DNA of 64,000 bases from Bacillota bacterium. Lineage in GTDB: Bacteria; Bacillota; Clostridia; Peptostreptococcales; Anaerovoracaceae. Within the stretch, counting starts at the first letter, position 1. Each line of letters begins with the position of its first letter. A program made the position numbers and the translations under genes. A model generated the notes under the pieces. It made no database searches, was not told the origin of the DNA, and saw nothing but the letters and a program-made list of their open reading frames with translations. Shown here piece after piece: positions 44,683 to 54,643 of the stretch. The stretch lies in NCBI GenBank assembly GCA_017397825.1, contig JAFQHT010000145.1:1024-65023 (forward strand). The letters are read 5' to 3'.

Positions 44683-45566
44683 TATCTTTCTGCGTCTCTT
44701 GACCTACGAGACTTCCTTCTCGGAATATCTTCAAGGGCCTTAGAAAGTACCATATCCATCATTGCTTCATCATCCGGAGCCTGTTTACCCTTCTGCCTGC
44801 CAAGTTCCGAGGTAATGTTCTGCAATATAGCCTCGGATGAAAGAATCTTTTTTACACTTACATCATGCTTCAGTTTGAAAATCTGAGAATCTTTCGGGTC
44901 GGCCTCTATTTCTTCCAGATACCCGATTATATAATCTTTATCAAATTCGTATTGCTGGTCAAAATATGCCCTGCTGACTTCTTCCTTGGTCAAAGGAATG
45001 CTGCACGCTTTACCTTCAATCACACGCTGAATTTCAAAATCTGACAGCCCTTCAGTTTTAATATCCGGGAGTGCAATGTCAATTTCCTGGTCCAATTCAT
45101 CAAAAGGTAGTTTTTCAATAATTCCCATAAGTCCCATATCGCGCATACTGTGCATTTCATTTCCTGGTGCAGTGATGATATGATCAATCACCCTAATTCC
45201 TAAAAAGCGGCCTCCGGCGATAAGCCGATGGGTTATTTTAATGTCCTCATCGCTTGGAATCGCATCTCCTGACGGGTGATTATGCAAAAGCATAATGGAT
45301 GCTGCAGATGATAAAATTGCACACTTAAATACTTCCCTTGGATGAACTGTCGTGCTGATCAAATCACCAATACTGATGATACTTGCATTGATGGGTATGC
45401 ATTTGGCATTCAGATTCAGAATACACATTGCCTCACGGTCAAATTCTGCAAGTTCTCTTCTCAGAAGGTCAATAGCCTTTTCGGTTGTTTCAATTCGTTC
45501 TTCGCTGTGAAGTTTATAGTCCGGAACGAGACGGACTTTTACCATATCAAGATTCTTCATTATCAA
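44682..45566 (-). CDS. RadC-like JAB-domain protein
   Basis: JAMM motif LLHNHPSGDAIPSDEDIKIT in the N-terminal half, with an extra ~130-aa C-terminal extension. Confidence 0.8.
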   Translation of the reverse strand: MIMKNLDMVKVRLVPDYKLHSEERIETTEKAIDLLRRELAEFDREAMCILNLNAKCIPINASIISIGDLISTTVHPREVFKCAILSSAASIMLLHNHPSGDAIPSDEDIKITHRLIAGGRFLGIRVIDHIITAPGNEMHSMRDMGLMGIIEKLPFDELDQEIDIALPDIKTEGLSDFEIQRVIEGKACSIPLTKEEVSRAYFDQQYEFDKDYIIGYLEEIEADPKDSQIFKLKHDVSVKKILSSEAILQNITSELGRQKGKQAPDDEAMMDMVLSKALEDIPRRKSRRSRDAER

Positions 45567-45723
45567 ACCTCACAATCAATGTTTCTCCCGGCTGCATCTG
45601 CTGAAGTGCTTCTTTTAGCTGACCCGGTTCTATTTCCTTTTCTGTCTGCTCGGTTCCTGCAAAATCTATCTGCAAGGTCTGATTTTCGCCCATTACATGA
45701 AGGCACTGCTTTATATCATTCAT
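45547..45723 (-). CDS. Hypothetical 58-aa protein
   Basis: Hand-translated: MNDIKQCLHVMGENQTLQIDFAGTEQTEKEIEPGQLKEALQQMQPGETLIVRFDNEES. It overlaps the radC-like start and is below the track cutoff. Confidence 0.3.
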   Translation of the reverse strand: MNDIKQCLHVMGENQTLQIDFAGTEQTEKEIEPGQLKEALQQMQPGETLIVRFDNEES

Positions 45724-45731
45724 TTACTTAC

Positions 45732-46667
45732 CTACCTTTCCTGTGACTGTCTTTCTCGATGCTTAGCGTAAAAGGTCAGTGCTTTAATTATGTACTCTTC
45801 CCGTTCTACAGCTTTCAGACTCTTCGGCAGCAGTCCAAGTATTTTATCACTGCTGATTGTCAGTTTTTCCTTCTGATTTGGTTTTGTTTCAGTGATAATG
45901 TCTTCAATAGCATCTGGTGTCAGATTATCCTCTTTGGAAAGTTCCCTCATGCGGATTGTCTGTGCATGAGAAGGCGTGCAGTCTTCCTGCATCGTTTTTT
46001 CATAAACCTCATACTGCTCGTCCACGGATAAGTAGGAAAGCTCTACTGCCGGTCTAAGTGCAATTTTCCCTTCATCTACCATATCAAGAAGTTCTGGAAT
46101 GAGTTCTGTAAGACGAATGTAACGCTTAATCTGAGTGGCACTTTCTTCTACTTCTTTCGCAAGAGTTTCACTTGAGCGTAAATTGGGTCCCACTGGGTCC
46201 CAATTTTCTTTTGAAGGACGGCCCGCTTTTCTCTTCATTGCTTCAAGTCTCATCTTATACGAAAAAGCCTTTTCACTCGGCAATATGGTCGTTCTCTGCA
46301 GATTGCTGTCCACCATGAAGATGGTTGCTTCATCAAAATCAAGGTCCATAACCTCAGCCCGAAGTGTATCAAGCCCTGCAATTTCACATGCTCTTTTTCT
46401 TCTGTGCCCTGCTATCAGTTCATACCTTCCATCGTCTTTTTGCCTGAGAATTGCCGGAACAAGAATTCCATTTTCCTGCACGCTCTGTACCAGGTTCATC
46501 ATGTCTTCGTCATCACGAACCTTAAAAGGGTGATTTGGAAATTCATCTATCAAGTCCAGTGGTATTTCTCTTATCTTAGCCAAATTTTCTTCTTCGCGGG
46601 ATTCCTGGCTGGAGAATAAATCATCTACACTGGGAAGTCCTATGCTGAATTTTCGTTCTTTCGCCAT
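45732..46667 (-). CDS. parB: ParB/Spo0J-family partition protein
   Basis: ParB-box [27 protein letters not shown], followed by an HTH region. Confidence 0.85.
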   Translation of the reverse strand: MAKERKFSIGLPSVDDLFSSQESREEENLAKIREIPLDLIDEFPNHPFKVRDDEDMMNLVQSVQENGILVPAILRQKDDGRYELIAGHRRKRACEIAGLDTLRAEVMDLDFDEATIFMVDSNLQRTTILPSEKAFSYKMRLEAMKRKAGRPSKENWDPVGPNLRSSETLAKEVEESATQIKRYIRLTELIPELLDMVDEGKIALRPAVELSYLSVDEQYEVYEKTMQEDCTPSHAQTIRMRELSKEDNLTPDAIEDIITETKPNQKEKLTISSDKILGLLPKSLKAVEREEYIIKALTFYAKHRERQSQER

Positions 46668-47451
46668 CTCTCAAAACCTCCTCTGTAAAATTCTCATATG
46701 CCTTTGCCACTTCACATCTTTTGTCATACGCGTAAATACTCTTCCCTGCAGCGGTTGCTTCAGAGGCTTTTACCCCAATGGGGATTTCTGTTTCAAAAAT
46801 GCGAATGTGTGCTCCATATTTTTCACGTATTTCTTTTATGACCTCTTTCGCCATATTTGTTCTGCCATCTACCAGAGTCATAAGAATCCCCTCAATCTCC
46901 AAAGACGGATTGATATTCTTACGCATCATCATAACGGACTGCATGAGCTGCGTCATATCTTCTGCAGCAAGATACTGTGCCTGAACAGGTATAATCACAC
47001 TGTCAGCGGCAGCTAAAGCATTGACCGAAAACATCCCCAGTGATGGCAGTGAATCAATTAGAATATAATCATATAGTCCTCTGAGAGAATCTACATACCC
47101 CTTTAGAATCTTTTCACGATTCATTACCATTACCAGCTTCAGCTCCATGCCTGACAGATTCTGATTTGCTGGCATAAGGTCAATTCCTTCGCTATGATGA
47201 ATAATATCATCCTCAGAAACCATACAGGTCCCGTTAATCACATCGTCCATAGCTTCAGTCAATGTAGCCTTCAGGCTGTATTTGTTCTTGTATCCAAGGC
47301 TGGATGTCAAATCGCCCTGTGGATCACAATCAATCAAAAGAACCTTTTTTCCGCGTTTTGCAAGACCTATACCCAGGTTGAGAGTAGTTGTGGTTTTACC
47401 TACTCCACCTTTTTGATTAACTACAGCAATTACTTTTGTCTTTAGTTTCAT
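46621..47451 (-). CDS. parA: ParA/Soj-family ATPase
   Basis: Deviant Walker A: [22 protein letters not shown]. Confidence 0.9.
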   Translation of the reverse strand: MKLKTKVIAVVNQKGGVGKTTTTLNLGIGLAKRGKKVLLIDCDPQGDLTSSLGYKNKYSLKATLTEAMDDVINGTCMVSEDDIIHHSEGIDLMPANQNLSGMELKLVMVMNREKILKGYVDSLRGLYDYILIDSLPSLGMFSVNALAAADSVIIPVQAQYLAAEDMTQLMQSVMMMRKNINPSLEIEGILMTLVDGRTNMAKEVIKEIREKYGAHIRIFETEIPIGVKASEATAAGKSIYAYDKRCEVAKAYENFTEEVLRDGERTKIQHRTSQCR

Positions 47452-47466
47452 GTCCTCTTTCCCTCC

Positions 47467-48408
47467 TTAAATCTTCCCGACGGCAATATCATGCTGTGCC
47501 TGGGATGAGTAATAATTTTCGATTGTCATCGGTGCGTTATATAGTGCTGCCAGCAGATACTGACGTATGTTCGTTATCTGTGTTGTATTCTGTGCCATGC
47601 AGGTCAGCACATATTCAATATGTGAGGCATCAAGCATCAGCAACTTTTCTCTTACGTCATCAGCAGGCTTATCATCACGAGCAATACGAATCCGCTTTTG
47701 TCTGCTGCAAGAAGCATCCACTAGCAATTCAATAATTTCGTTAATCAGTCCTGCATCTTTAGGTCTGCCTTTACGGAGTTCCTCTGCCTGCAGATTCTTT
47801 TCAAATAAATCTTTTATTTCACTTCTCGATTCCGTTCCCTTCCATTCCGTCTCTGGCTTGTCCAAACCGGAAGAAAGGATAGGATCAGTATGATTAAATT
47901 CAGTTTTATTTTTATTAGTATTATTTGCATGTGATTTTCGTGAGTCTGGATTCATGGATATCATGAGTCTTGACTCATGAAAATCATGAGTCTGTGAATC
48001 ATGATTTTCATGACTCTGGACAAATGGCTGTTTTTCAGTGATTTCATCTTCCCTGAGTTCACAGGAAAAGTTCTTCACATATATAAGTGCTGGTTTTCCC
48101 AGCCCCTGACGTTTCCGTTCTATCAGATGTGCTTTATCTTCCAGTTCACTAATCAGCTTAGTTGCTTTCTGATTGGCACAGTCTAATTCTTCCATAATTT
48201 CCTCCAGTGTGAAAATAATGTATACTCTGCCTCGGTCATCTATCCACTGGTTTCTGACGGAAAGAGATACCCTGTCCAGCATAAGGCCATAAAGAACTTT
48301 TGCGTCAGTACTGATATTCTTGAACCGCTTGTCCTTAAACAAAATCTTCGGTATTCGAAAAAAAGCAAACTGTTCTGCCTGTTCCGGATAAAAATAATCA
48401 AAAGCCAT
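47467..48408 (-). CDS. RepA_N-type replication initiator protein
   Basis: N-terminus FFRIPKILFKDKRFKNISTDAKVLYGLMLDRVSLS is characteristic of replication initiator protein A (RepA_N). Confidence 0.7.
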   Translation of the reverse strand: MAFDYFYPEQAEQFAFFRIPKILFKDKRFKNISTDAKVLYGLMLDRVSLSVRNQWIDDRGRVYIIFTLEEIMEELDCANQKATKLISELEDKAHLIERKRQGLGKPALIYVKNFSCELREDEITEKQPFVQSHENHDSQTHDFHESRLMISMNPDSRKSHANNTNKNKTEFNHTDPILSSGLDKPETEWKGTESRSEIKDLFEKNLQAEELRKGRPKDAGLINEIIELLVDASCSRQKRIRIARDDKPADDVREKLLMLDASHIEYVLTCMAQNTTQITNIRQYLLAALYNAPMTIENYYSSQAQHDIAVGKI

Positions 48409-48422
48409 ATTTAACCTCTTCT

Positions 48423-48458
48423 AAAAAAATAAGGATACCTGAAAAATCAGATATCCTT
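48423..48458 (-). terminator. Hairpin with T-run in the leader just upstream of the repA start (attenuator or read-through insulator)
   Basis: AAGGATATCTGA-TTTT-TCAGGTATCCTT (one mismatch) followed by ATTTTTTTAG on the minus strand. Confidence 0.4.
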
Positions 48459-48637
48459 ATCGAATATTATCATTAGATAATTCTTTTATTTATCTTCAAA
48501 AGTCTTTGCCGTTACGATGTCGAGTTCTACAGCAACAACTACCGAAACTTGATGTACATGCTGCTTTCTTCTGCTAATTAAATCACTGGTGTCGAAGGTC
48601 CAGAAGTCCGTAAAGTGTGTAAATTCAACGATTTCCA

Positions 48638-50137
48638 CTATTTTCTTCTCTGCAGTAAAACCACCGTCTCCACGTGAGCTGTGTGAGGGAACATATCGCA
48701 AGGTGTTGCTTCCTTGAATTCATAGCCCTTTTCGCCCAGCCATTTGATGTCGCGGGCAAGGGTTGCAGGGTCGCAGGAAACGTAAACAATTCTGGACGGC
48801 TGAGCCTTTACCACTGCATCGAGAAGGCGCACATCGCAGCCTGCTCTTGGCGGGTCGAGGATTGCAACGTCAGCCTGTGATACGCGGACTTTAGGTTCTT
48901 TGCCGTCTTCCGGCTTAACGATGCCCATCATCTTAGGCAGTTCTTCTTCCGCCTTGCCGCAGACATATCGTGCATTTACGATGCCGTTGATAGTCGCGTT
49001 TCTGTTGGCGTCAAGGATTGCGCCCTTGACTGATTCTATACCGATAACCTGACCAGGATTGTCAGGATTCTTTTCGTTCATCTGTTTCGCGCAGAAAAGT
49101 CCGATTGTTCCCACGCCGCAATAAAGGTCGAGAACTGTTTCGCCGCCCTTCAGGTCTGCATATTCGATGGCCTTGTCATAAAGCTTCACCATCTGCTCAC
49201 GGTTAACCTGATAGAAAGAAAGTGGTGAAATTTCAAAGCTCATGCCGCCCACTTCCTCAAGGATCGTAGGCTTGCCGGCGATGGTGATGCACTCTTCGCC
49301 CAGGATTTCGGAAGTGTTCTTTTTGTTGATGTTGAGTACAACGCTTTCCAGATTGAACTCCACTCCTGCAAGAGGGCCGTCTTCATAAACAGGCACATTG
49401 TAAATCGCTTCATCCAGCATTTCAACCAGCTTCTGTGCGTTAGGAATTGCCTTGCCGTTGATGACAAGGATAACCATAACTTCACCTGTGCCTGCCGCTG
49501 TGCGGACAATCATGTGGCGCATGAGACCCTTTTCCCAGCGCGGGTCATAAGAAGTGATGTGGTCTTCTTCCATGAACTGGCGCAGAGCCTTTGCTGCTGC
49601 CAGGGCCGGTTCTGACTGCAGGACGCAGTCTGCGCAGTCCACCACTTCGTGGCTGCGAGCCTGATAAAAGCCTACACGGGGCTCGTGAACCGGCTCCATC
49701 ACTCCGCCCTTGCGGGTAATCAAGCCACCTGTGCTCACTGGCATGCTTGCTTTGTTTCTGTATCTGAAAGGTTCGTTTTCCATTGCAATTACAGGGTACA
49801 CCACCGGGTCATTCAGACCGCCGAGTCTCTGCAGCTTGTCCTTTACCTGCTTGTGCTTGAGAAGCAGCTGCGCATCGTAGTCCAGCTTGCCGTAAGGGCA
49901 GCCTCCACAAAGTCCTGCATACTCACAGAATCCTTCGATTCTGTCCGGTGACTCCTCAATCATTTCAACCACACGGCCGAAACCGTAATTCTTCTTCACT
50001 TTTGTCAGCTCAACCTTCACACGGTCGCCGACCACAGTATTGTTAACAAACACCGCAAAACCATCCGCCTTGCCGATGCCGTTGCCTTCACTGCTCATAT
50101 CTTCTATTGTAAGCTCTAAAATCTGTCCTTTTTCCAT
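48638..50137 (-). CDS. rlmD: 23S rRNA (uracil-5-)-methyltransferase RlmD/RumA
   Basis: TRAM domain start MEKGQILELTIEDMSSEGNGIGK. Fe-S Cys cluster (CEYAGLCGGCPY). SAM motif DLYCGVGTIGL. The C-terminal ...FPHTAHVETVVLL looks intact. Confidence 0.85.
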   Translation of the reverse strand: MEKGQILELTIEDMSSEGNGIGKADGFAVFVNNTVVGDRVKVELTKVKKNYGFGRVVEMIEESPDRIEGFCEYAGLCGGCPYGKLDYDAQLLLKHKQVKDKLQRLGGLNDPVVYPVIAMENEPFRYRNKASMPVSTGGLITRKGGVMEPVHEPRVGFYQARSHEVVDCADCVLQSEPALAAAKALRQFMEEDHITSYDPRWEKGLMRHMIVRTAAGTGEVMVILVINGKAIPNAQKLVEMLDEAIYNVPVYEDGPLAGVEFNLESVVLNINKKNTSEILGEECITIAGKPTILEEVGGMSFEISPLSFYQVNREQMVKLYDKAIEYADLKGGETVLDLYCGVGTIGLFCAKQMNEKNPDNPGQVIGIESVKGAILDANRNATINGIVNARYVCGKAEEELPKMMGIVKPEDGKEPKVRVSQADVAILDPPRAGCDVRLLDAVVKAQPSRIVYVSCDPATLARDIKWLGEKGYEFKEATPCDMFPHTAHVETVVLLQRRK

Positions 50138-50201
50138 TTTATGCTCCTTATGAAAATCGCGCCTAACCGTGTGTGGTCGGGCGCGGTTTAAAAGTTCAGT
50201 T

Positions 50202-50648
50202 CTATCTTTTTCTTGCCAGAACTTTTGCTTTGGCTTCTTCGTAAAGCATCTTTTCGTCTTCTGTTTCCGGTGTATATGGCGGTACTTTCTGAGCCTTGCC
50301 ATTCCTGCCCATTGCCACCATTGTGAAGTGGGCACACAGTGCCTTTTCCGGACCATTGTTGGACAACATATCTTCTGAATCCACTCTTACATATACGTCC
50401 ATTGATGTAGTTCCGACATAAGTAATTGTCGCAGTACATGTTACCAGAGCTCCCACAAAAATCGGCAGATGGAACTGAAGTTCATCCACTCTTGCAGTTA
50501 CACAGTTACATCTTGCGTACTTCATAGCTACAGCATATGCTGCTTCGTCCATGAATTTCATAATTTCGCCGCCGTGAACATTTCCTGCCACGTTGGCCTG
50601 ATGAGGCATCATAACTCTGCTCATCACTACCTGATTTCTTGCTTCCAT
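50202..50648 (-). CDS. Acyl-CoA thioesterase (hotdog fold)
   Basis: MSRVMMPHQANVAGNVHGGEIMKFMDEAAY motif. Start at MEARNQV. Confidence 0.75.
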   Translation of the reverse strand: MEARNQVVMSRVMMPHQANVAGNVHGGEIMKFMDEAAYAVAMKYARCNCVTARVDELQFHLPIFVGALVTCTATITYVGTTSMDVYVRVDSEDMLSNNGPEKALCAHFTMVAMGRNGKAQKVPPYTPETEDEKMLYEEAKAKVLARKR

Positions 50649-50752
50649 TTTTCTTCTCCCTTTCTCCTGAAACGGTTGCATCAAAACAATAATTTATCAA
50701 TATATATTATAATATAAAACCTTATGTCTTGTAAAGAAAACATTGCCGTACT

Positions 50753-51373
50753 TTACATCTTTGACATAATTATGAGTAATATTCCTTCTGCCACACTGAT
50801 GGTGACTGCCTCTCTGCCCGCTTTCCACTGATTACTCACGCCAAGAGGGAAAGTATTGGTCAAAACTGCATCATTCAGTTCGTATTTTGCACCTGTGATA
50901 TTCACACCCCTGCACTCATCGCTGACTGCAAAAACTGACAGAGACCATCCTTCTCTTTCCGGCAGCATCAGTTCTCCGTTCTTAATTGCCACGACCTCAT
51001 TGCAGCCGTCCACAAATCTGCATATTACGCCATGTTCTGCACCATAAACCGCCGTCTGAAAGTTAGCATACAGATGGTCAAGTCTGCCTCCGAACCCACA
51101 GTAAACGCTCACTTCATCAAAACCCCGCTCAATGGCTGTTTTCAGGGCTATCATTGTATCGGTGTCGTCCTTTTCTGCAGGGAATGTAAGTATCTCCACA
51201 TCTGCCGGCAGCTCACCGTCATAGGAGTCAAAATCACCGATAATCAGGTCCGGTACGATCCCCTGCTCCGCCGTATACATACAGCCTCTGTCGCAGGCAA
51301 TTATATATTTACTTTTTTCGCTCTCCGGCAGCGGGCAGAACTCTCCTCCGGAAATTATTACGCATGATTTCAT
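50753..51373 (-). CDS. thiN: Thiamine diphosphokinase
   Basis: IIACDRG...PDLIIGDFDS...DDTD motifs. 206 aa. Confidence 0.8.
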   Translation of the reverse strand: MKSCVIISGGEFCPLPESEKSKYIIACDRGCMYTAEQGIVPDLIIGDFDSYDGELPADVEILTFPAEKDDTDTMIALKTAIERGFDEVSVYCGFGGRLDHLYANFQTAVYGAEHGVICRFVDGCNEVVAIKNGELMLPEREGWSLSVFAVSDECRGVNITGAKYELNDAVLTNTFPLGVSNQWKAGREAVTISVAEGILLIIMSKM

Positions 51374-51450
51374 AAGTTACCTTCTTTAAATTTTTTGATG
51401 GGTTAATCATAGCACCCGGCATGTACTTTTGTCAAACCGGCCAGACCACT

Positions 51451-52152
51451 TCACAGTAAATAAAGCTTTATTATTTTTTCAATATAGTCTCCGCTTATGC
51501 TCCCGTCTTCACAGTCAAAACTGATTATCAGATTATCCCATAACCTGTAGCCCGTCTTATAATACATCTGCAATTTTTCAAACACATTCTCTCGGTACTC
51601 ATCATCACCAATCAGTCCAACATGTTCCCATAGAAATAATTTTCCATCAGATGCCCGTCTGATTGCAAAATCAGGATAAAACCGCCGGTCTGGCCCCTCG
51701 ATAACCACTTCGTACTTAAACTCAAGCCCATAAGATGCCAGCGTCATTGCAATTGCCAGCTCTGATTTAGAACGATAGTATATACCCTTATACTGATGTT
51801 TCATATTTGCTGTGAAATAACTATTCTGTTGTTCTTTCATCTCATTCCAGGCATCTTTTTCTGTCACAACTGGTTCATACTCTTTTATCAGCCTTTTCAT
51901 AACCGCCAGATTACGTTTCACCTTGCCAAGTTCTTTTTCTATATCACGCTTCTCCAAATAAGCATTTTTCAGCTGCGGATGGTTCAGCAGACTCCTCATT
52001 TTCCCATATTTTTCTTCATAATAATAGTAATTCTCCTTGGCCTTCTTAATCACAAGCCTTCCCCTTGGCAATTCTTTCAGTCTGTTTTGCATCTGCCGTT
52101 CAGTTCTCTGTAAAAATTCAAGCTGCACCTTTATCTCATTTTTAAATATCAT
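51451..52152 (-). CDS. Hypothetical protein with a possible PD-(D/E)XK nuclease-like C-terminal half
   Basis: YRSKSELAIAMTLASYGLEFKYE...FYPDFAIRR...WEHVGL pattern after a coiled-coil N-terminus. The assignment is tentative. Confidence 0.35.
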   Translation of the reverse strand: MIFKNEIKVQLEFLQRTERQMQNRLKELPRGRLVIKKAKENYYYYEEKYGKMRSLLNHPQLKNAYLEKRDIEKELGKVKRNLAVMKRLIKEYEPVVTEKDAWNEMKEQQNSYFTANMKHQYKGIYYRSKSELAIAMTLASYGLEFKYEVVIEGPDRRFYPDFAIRRASDGKLFLWEHVGLIGDDEYRENVFEKLQMYYKTGYRLWDNLIISFDCEDGSISGDYIEKIIKLYLL

Positions 52153-52524
52153 AATCGGCCTCCTCTCAGTGTGAATATTTTACATTATTTTCCAGCGATA
52201 GTAAACAATTTAGTTTTATTAATACGATTTTTGTAAAAGGTTTTCTTTTATCCCCTTTTTAGTTTTCCTTTTGGAAAACATTAGGCCTAATTAAGAAAAC
52301 TTTTGATTATATCAATCAATTCCAGTGCTTCTTCCATGCGCTTCACCACTTAATATATAGCGAAAAATGTCATGTCTTGTCGAAAGGAACGCACCTCACG
52401 ACAAAACATGTAACAAAACCAGCAAAGTTTTCTTTATCACACTGAAAATTTTCCAAAAGGAAAACCGAACTGCCGTTACAGAAAACCCAAACTCGGAATT
52501 GCCCGAAAAAACTTTACTAGGCAC

Positions 52525-52552
52525 GAAAAAACACCACCCCGCAGGGTGGTGT
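52525..52552 (-). terminator. Rho-independent terminator of the V-ATPase operon
   Basis: ACACCACCC-TGCG-GGGTGGTGT followed by TTTTTT on the minus strand, just after the subunit D stop. Confidence 0.75.
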
Positions 52553-52571
52553 TCATCATGTCATATTAAAT

Positions 52572-53261
52572 TCAGCTGCACGATTCCTGATATTCGGCTT
52601 CGCTTGCGGCTCTCTTTTCTTCGATGGCTTCGACGAGGATCATGTCCTTAACCTTCATGAGGCGGGTCTGGTTGCCTCGCTCGTTTTCATCCAGCTTCAT
52701 GCGGATGTAGCGGATGGTCATCTGAAGCTGCGGAATCTTCACGTATTCCAGCGCATTTACACGGCGGCGGGTACGTTCAAGTTCTGCTGCAAGCATGGCT
52801 GCTTCCTTTTCCTTTGCGGCAAGTTCCAGCATAATCGGGAAGACTTCGGACATGTCGCGGATTGCGGAGTCCAGCTCCCCAGATGTGTTGGCGTAGCCGT
52901 AAGGGAAAATGTTGGTCGGATCTTCGGCTGTAGTCTTAAAGTCGAAAACCGGCACATCCACGCTCATTACGTTTTTGCTGCCGACAGAAAGCTCAACTCC
53001 CTGCTTAGGGAACATGAGGGCTTCTTCGAGGACTTCCTGGCTCATCACTGCGCTGGCAACCTCAAAGCTGCGGTAAACATCTGCAAGGCGGGCTTCCACC
53101 TGGTCGCGGAGCTCTTTATTGGCACGGGCCAGCTCAAGGAAACCTTTCATCAGCTCGTCACGTTTATCCTTCATCAGCTTGTGGCCGCGGGTTGCAGTGG
53201 CAAGGCGCTTTTTAAGAGTCGTGAGCATCATTCTGGTAGGATTTACATTTAATCTTTCCAT
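52572..53261 (-). CDS. ntpD: V-type ATPase subunit D
   Basis: MERLNVNPTRMMLTTLKKRLATATRGHKLMKDKRDEL is the classic subunit D N-terminus. Confidence 0.9.
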   Translation of the reverse strand: MERLNVNPTRMMLTTLKKRLATATRGHKLMKDKRDELMKGFLELARANKELRDQVEARLADVYRSFEVASAVMSQEVLEEALMFPKQGVELSVGSKNVMSVDVPVFDFKTTAEDPTNIFPYGYANTSGELDSAIRDMSEVFPIMLELAAKEKEAAMLAAELERTRRRVNALEYVKIPQLQMTIRYIRMKLDENERGNQTRLMKVKDMILVEAIEEKRAASEAEYQESCS

Positions 53262-53275
53262 GGATTCACTCCTCT

Positions 53276-54643
53276 CTAGCCCAGATATTTTTCAATGTAC
53301 TCGTCTCTGATTCTCTTCAGTTCGCTCTTAGGAAGCATCTTGAGAAGTTCCCAGCCTTTGTCGAGGGTCTGCTCGATGGTTCTGTCTGTATCGTAGCCCT
53401 GGGAAACGTATTCCTTTTCGAAGGCCTGGCTGAACTTTGCGTACATCAGGTCAACTTCTGTGAGGGCTGCTTCACCGAGGATTGTTACCAGTTCCAGACA
53501 TTCCTTACCGCGTGCATACGCTGCGAAAAGCTGGTTCATTGTATCTGCGTGGTCTTCACGTGTCTTGCCTTTGCCGATACCCTTGTCTTTAAGACGGGAA
53601 AGTGACGGAAGTACATCAACAGGCGGCTTGAGGCCTTTGCGGTAAAGGTCACGGCTTAAGATGATCTGGCCTTCAGTGATATATCCTGTAAGGTCAGGAA
53701 TCGGATGTGTCTTGTCATCTTCCGGCATGGTCAGGATAGGAATCATTGTAATAGAACCTTCCTGATTTCTCTTCTTGCCGGCTCTTTCGTACATGGTTGC
53801 AAGGTCGGTATAAAGGTAACCAGGGTAGCCACGTCTGCCCGGTACTTCCTTACGTGCCGCAGAGACTTCACGGAGTGCTTCTGCGTAGTTTGTGATGTCT
53901 GTAAGGATAACCAGTACGTGCATTCCAAGGTCGAATGCCAGATATTCTGCCGCTGTCAGGGCCATACGAGGAGTTGCGATACGTTCTACCGCTGGGTCGT
54001 TGGCCAGGTTCATGAAGAGAACTGTTCTGTCGATGGCGCCTGTCTTACGGAAGTCAGATGCGAAGAATTCAGCTTCTTCGTGGGTGATACCGATGGCTGC
54101 GAATACTACGGCGAAATTGCCTTCGCTTCCGCGTACCTTTGCCTGACGGGCAATCTGTGCAGCCAGGTCAGCATGAGGCAGTCCGGATGCAGAGAAAATA
54201 GGCAGCTTCTGTCCTCTTACCAGGGTGTTAAGTCCGTCAATGGCGGAAACGCCGGTCTGGATGAATTCTGACGGATAGTCACGGGCAGCAGGGTTCATAG
54301 GCAGGCCGTTGATATCAAGCATCTTTTCTGCAATGATTTCAGGACCACCGTCCTTAGGACGGCCCATACCGTCGAACACTCTTCCCAGCATGTCAGGAGA
54401 TACTGCAAGCTGGGTGCCGTGTCCCAGGAATTTTACTGTACTTTCTTTTAAGTTGATGCCGGCAGCACTTTCAAAGAGCTGAACCAGGGCGTTGTTGCCG
54501 TTGATTTCAAGCACCTTGCAAAGTCTTTTTTCGCCGGTCGGCAGCATGATTTCTCCAAGTTCGTCGTAGGTTACGTTTTCTACGTCCTTTACCAGCATCA
54601 GAGGTCCTACAACTTCGCTGATTGTTTTATATTCCTTAATCAT
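53276..54643 (-). CDS. ntpB: V-type ATPase subunit B
   Basis: 455 aa. Conserved B-subunit motifs ([29 protein letters not shown]). Confidence 0.9.
   Translation of the reverse strand: MIKEYKTISEVVGPLMLVKDVENVTYDELGEIMLPTGEKRLCKVLEINGNNALVQLFESAAGINLKESTVKFLGHGTQLAVSPDMLGRVFDGMGRPKDGGPEIIAEKMLDINGLPMNPAARDYPSEFIQTGVSAIDGLNTLVRGQKLPIFSASGLPHADLAAQIARQAKVRGSEGNFAVVFAAIGITHEEAEFFASDFRKTGAIDRTVLFMNLANDPAVERIATPRMALTAAEYLAFDLGMHVLVILTDITNYAEALREVSAARKEVPGRRGYPGYLYTDLATMYERAGKKRNQEGSITMIPILTMPEDDKTHPIPDLTGYITEGQIILSRDLYRKGLKPPVDVLPSLSRLKDKGIGKGKTREDHADTMNQLFAAYARGKECLELVTILGEAALTEVDLMYAKFSQAFEKEYVSQGYDTDRTIEQTLDKGWELLKMLPKSELKRIRDEYIEKYLG

Larger units (their letters stand above)
3331..48480. mobile_element. 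Integrative conjugative element (~45 kb); exact attL/attR not resolved
   Basis: A large serine recombinase at the left edge is transcribed outward. RepA_N/ParA/ParB sit at the right edge. A full T4SS/relaxase module lies inside. Housekeeping genes flank both sides. Confidence 0.7.

Noticed and set aside
48486-48701. A 71-aa minus-strand ORF overlapping the rlmD 3' end. It might have indicated a frameshifted or ICE-disrupted rlmD.
   Set aside because: rlmD ends ...FPHTAHVETVVLLQRRK, a normal C-terminus for this family. The alternative frame shows no recognisable continuation, so rlmD appears intact.
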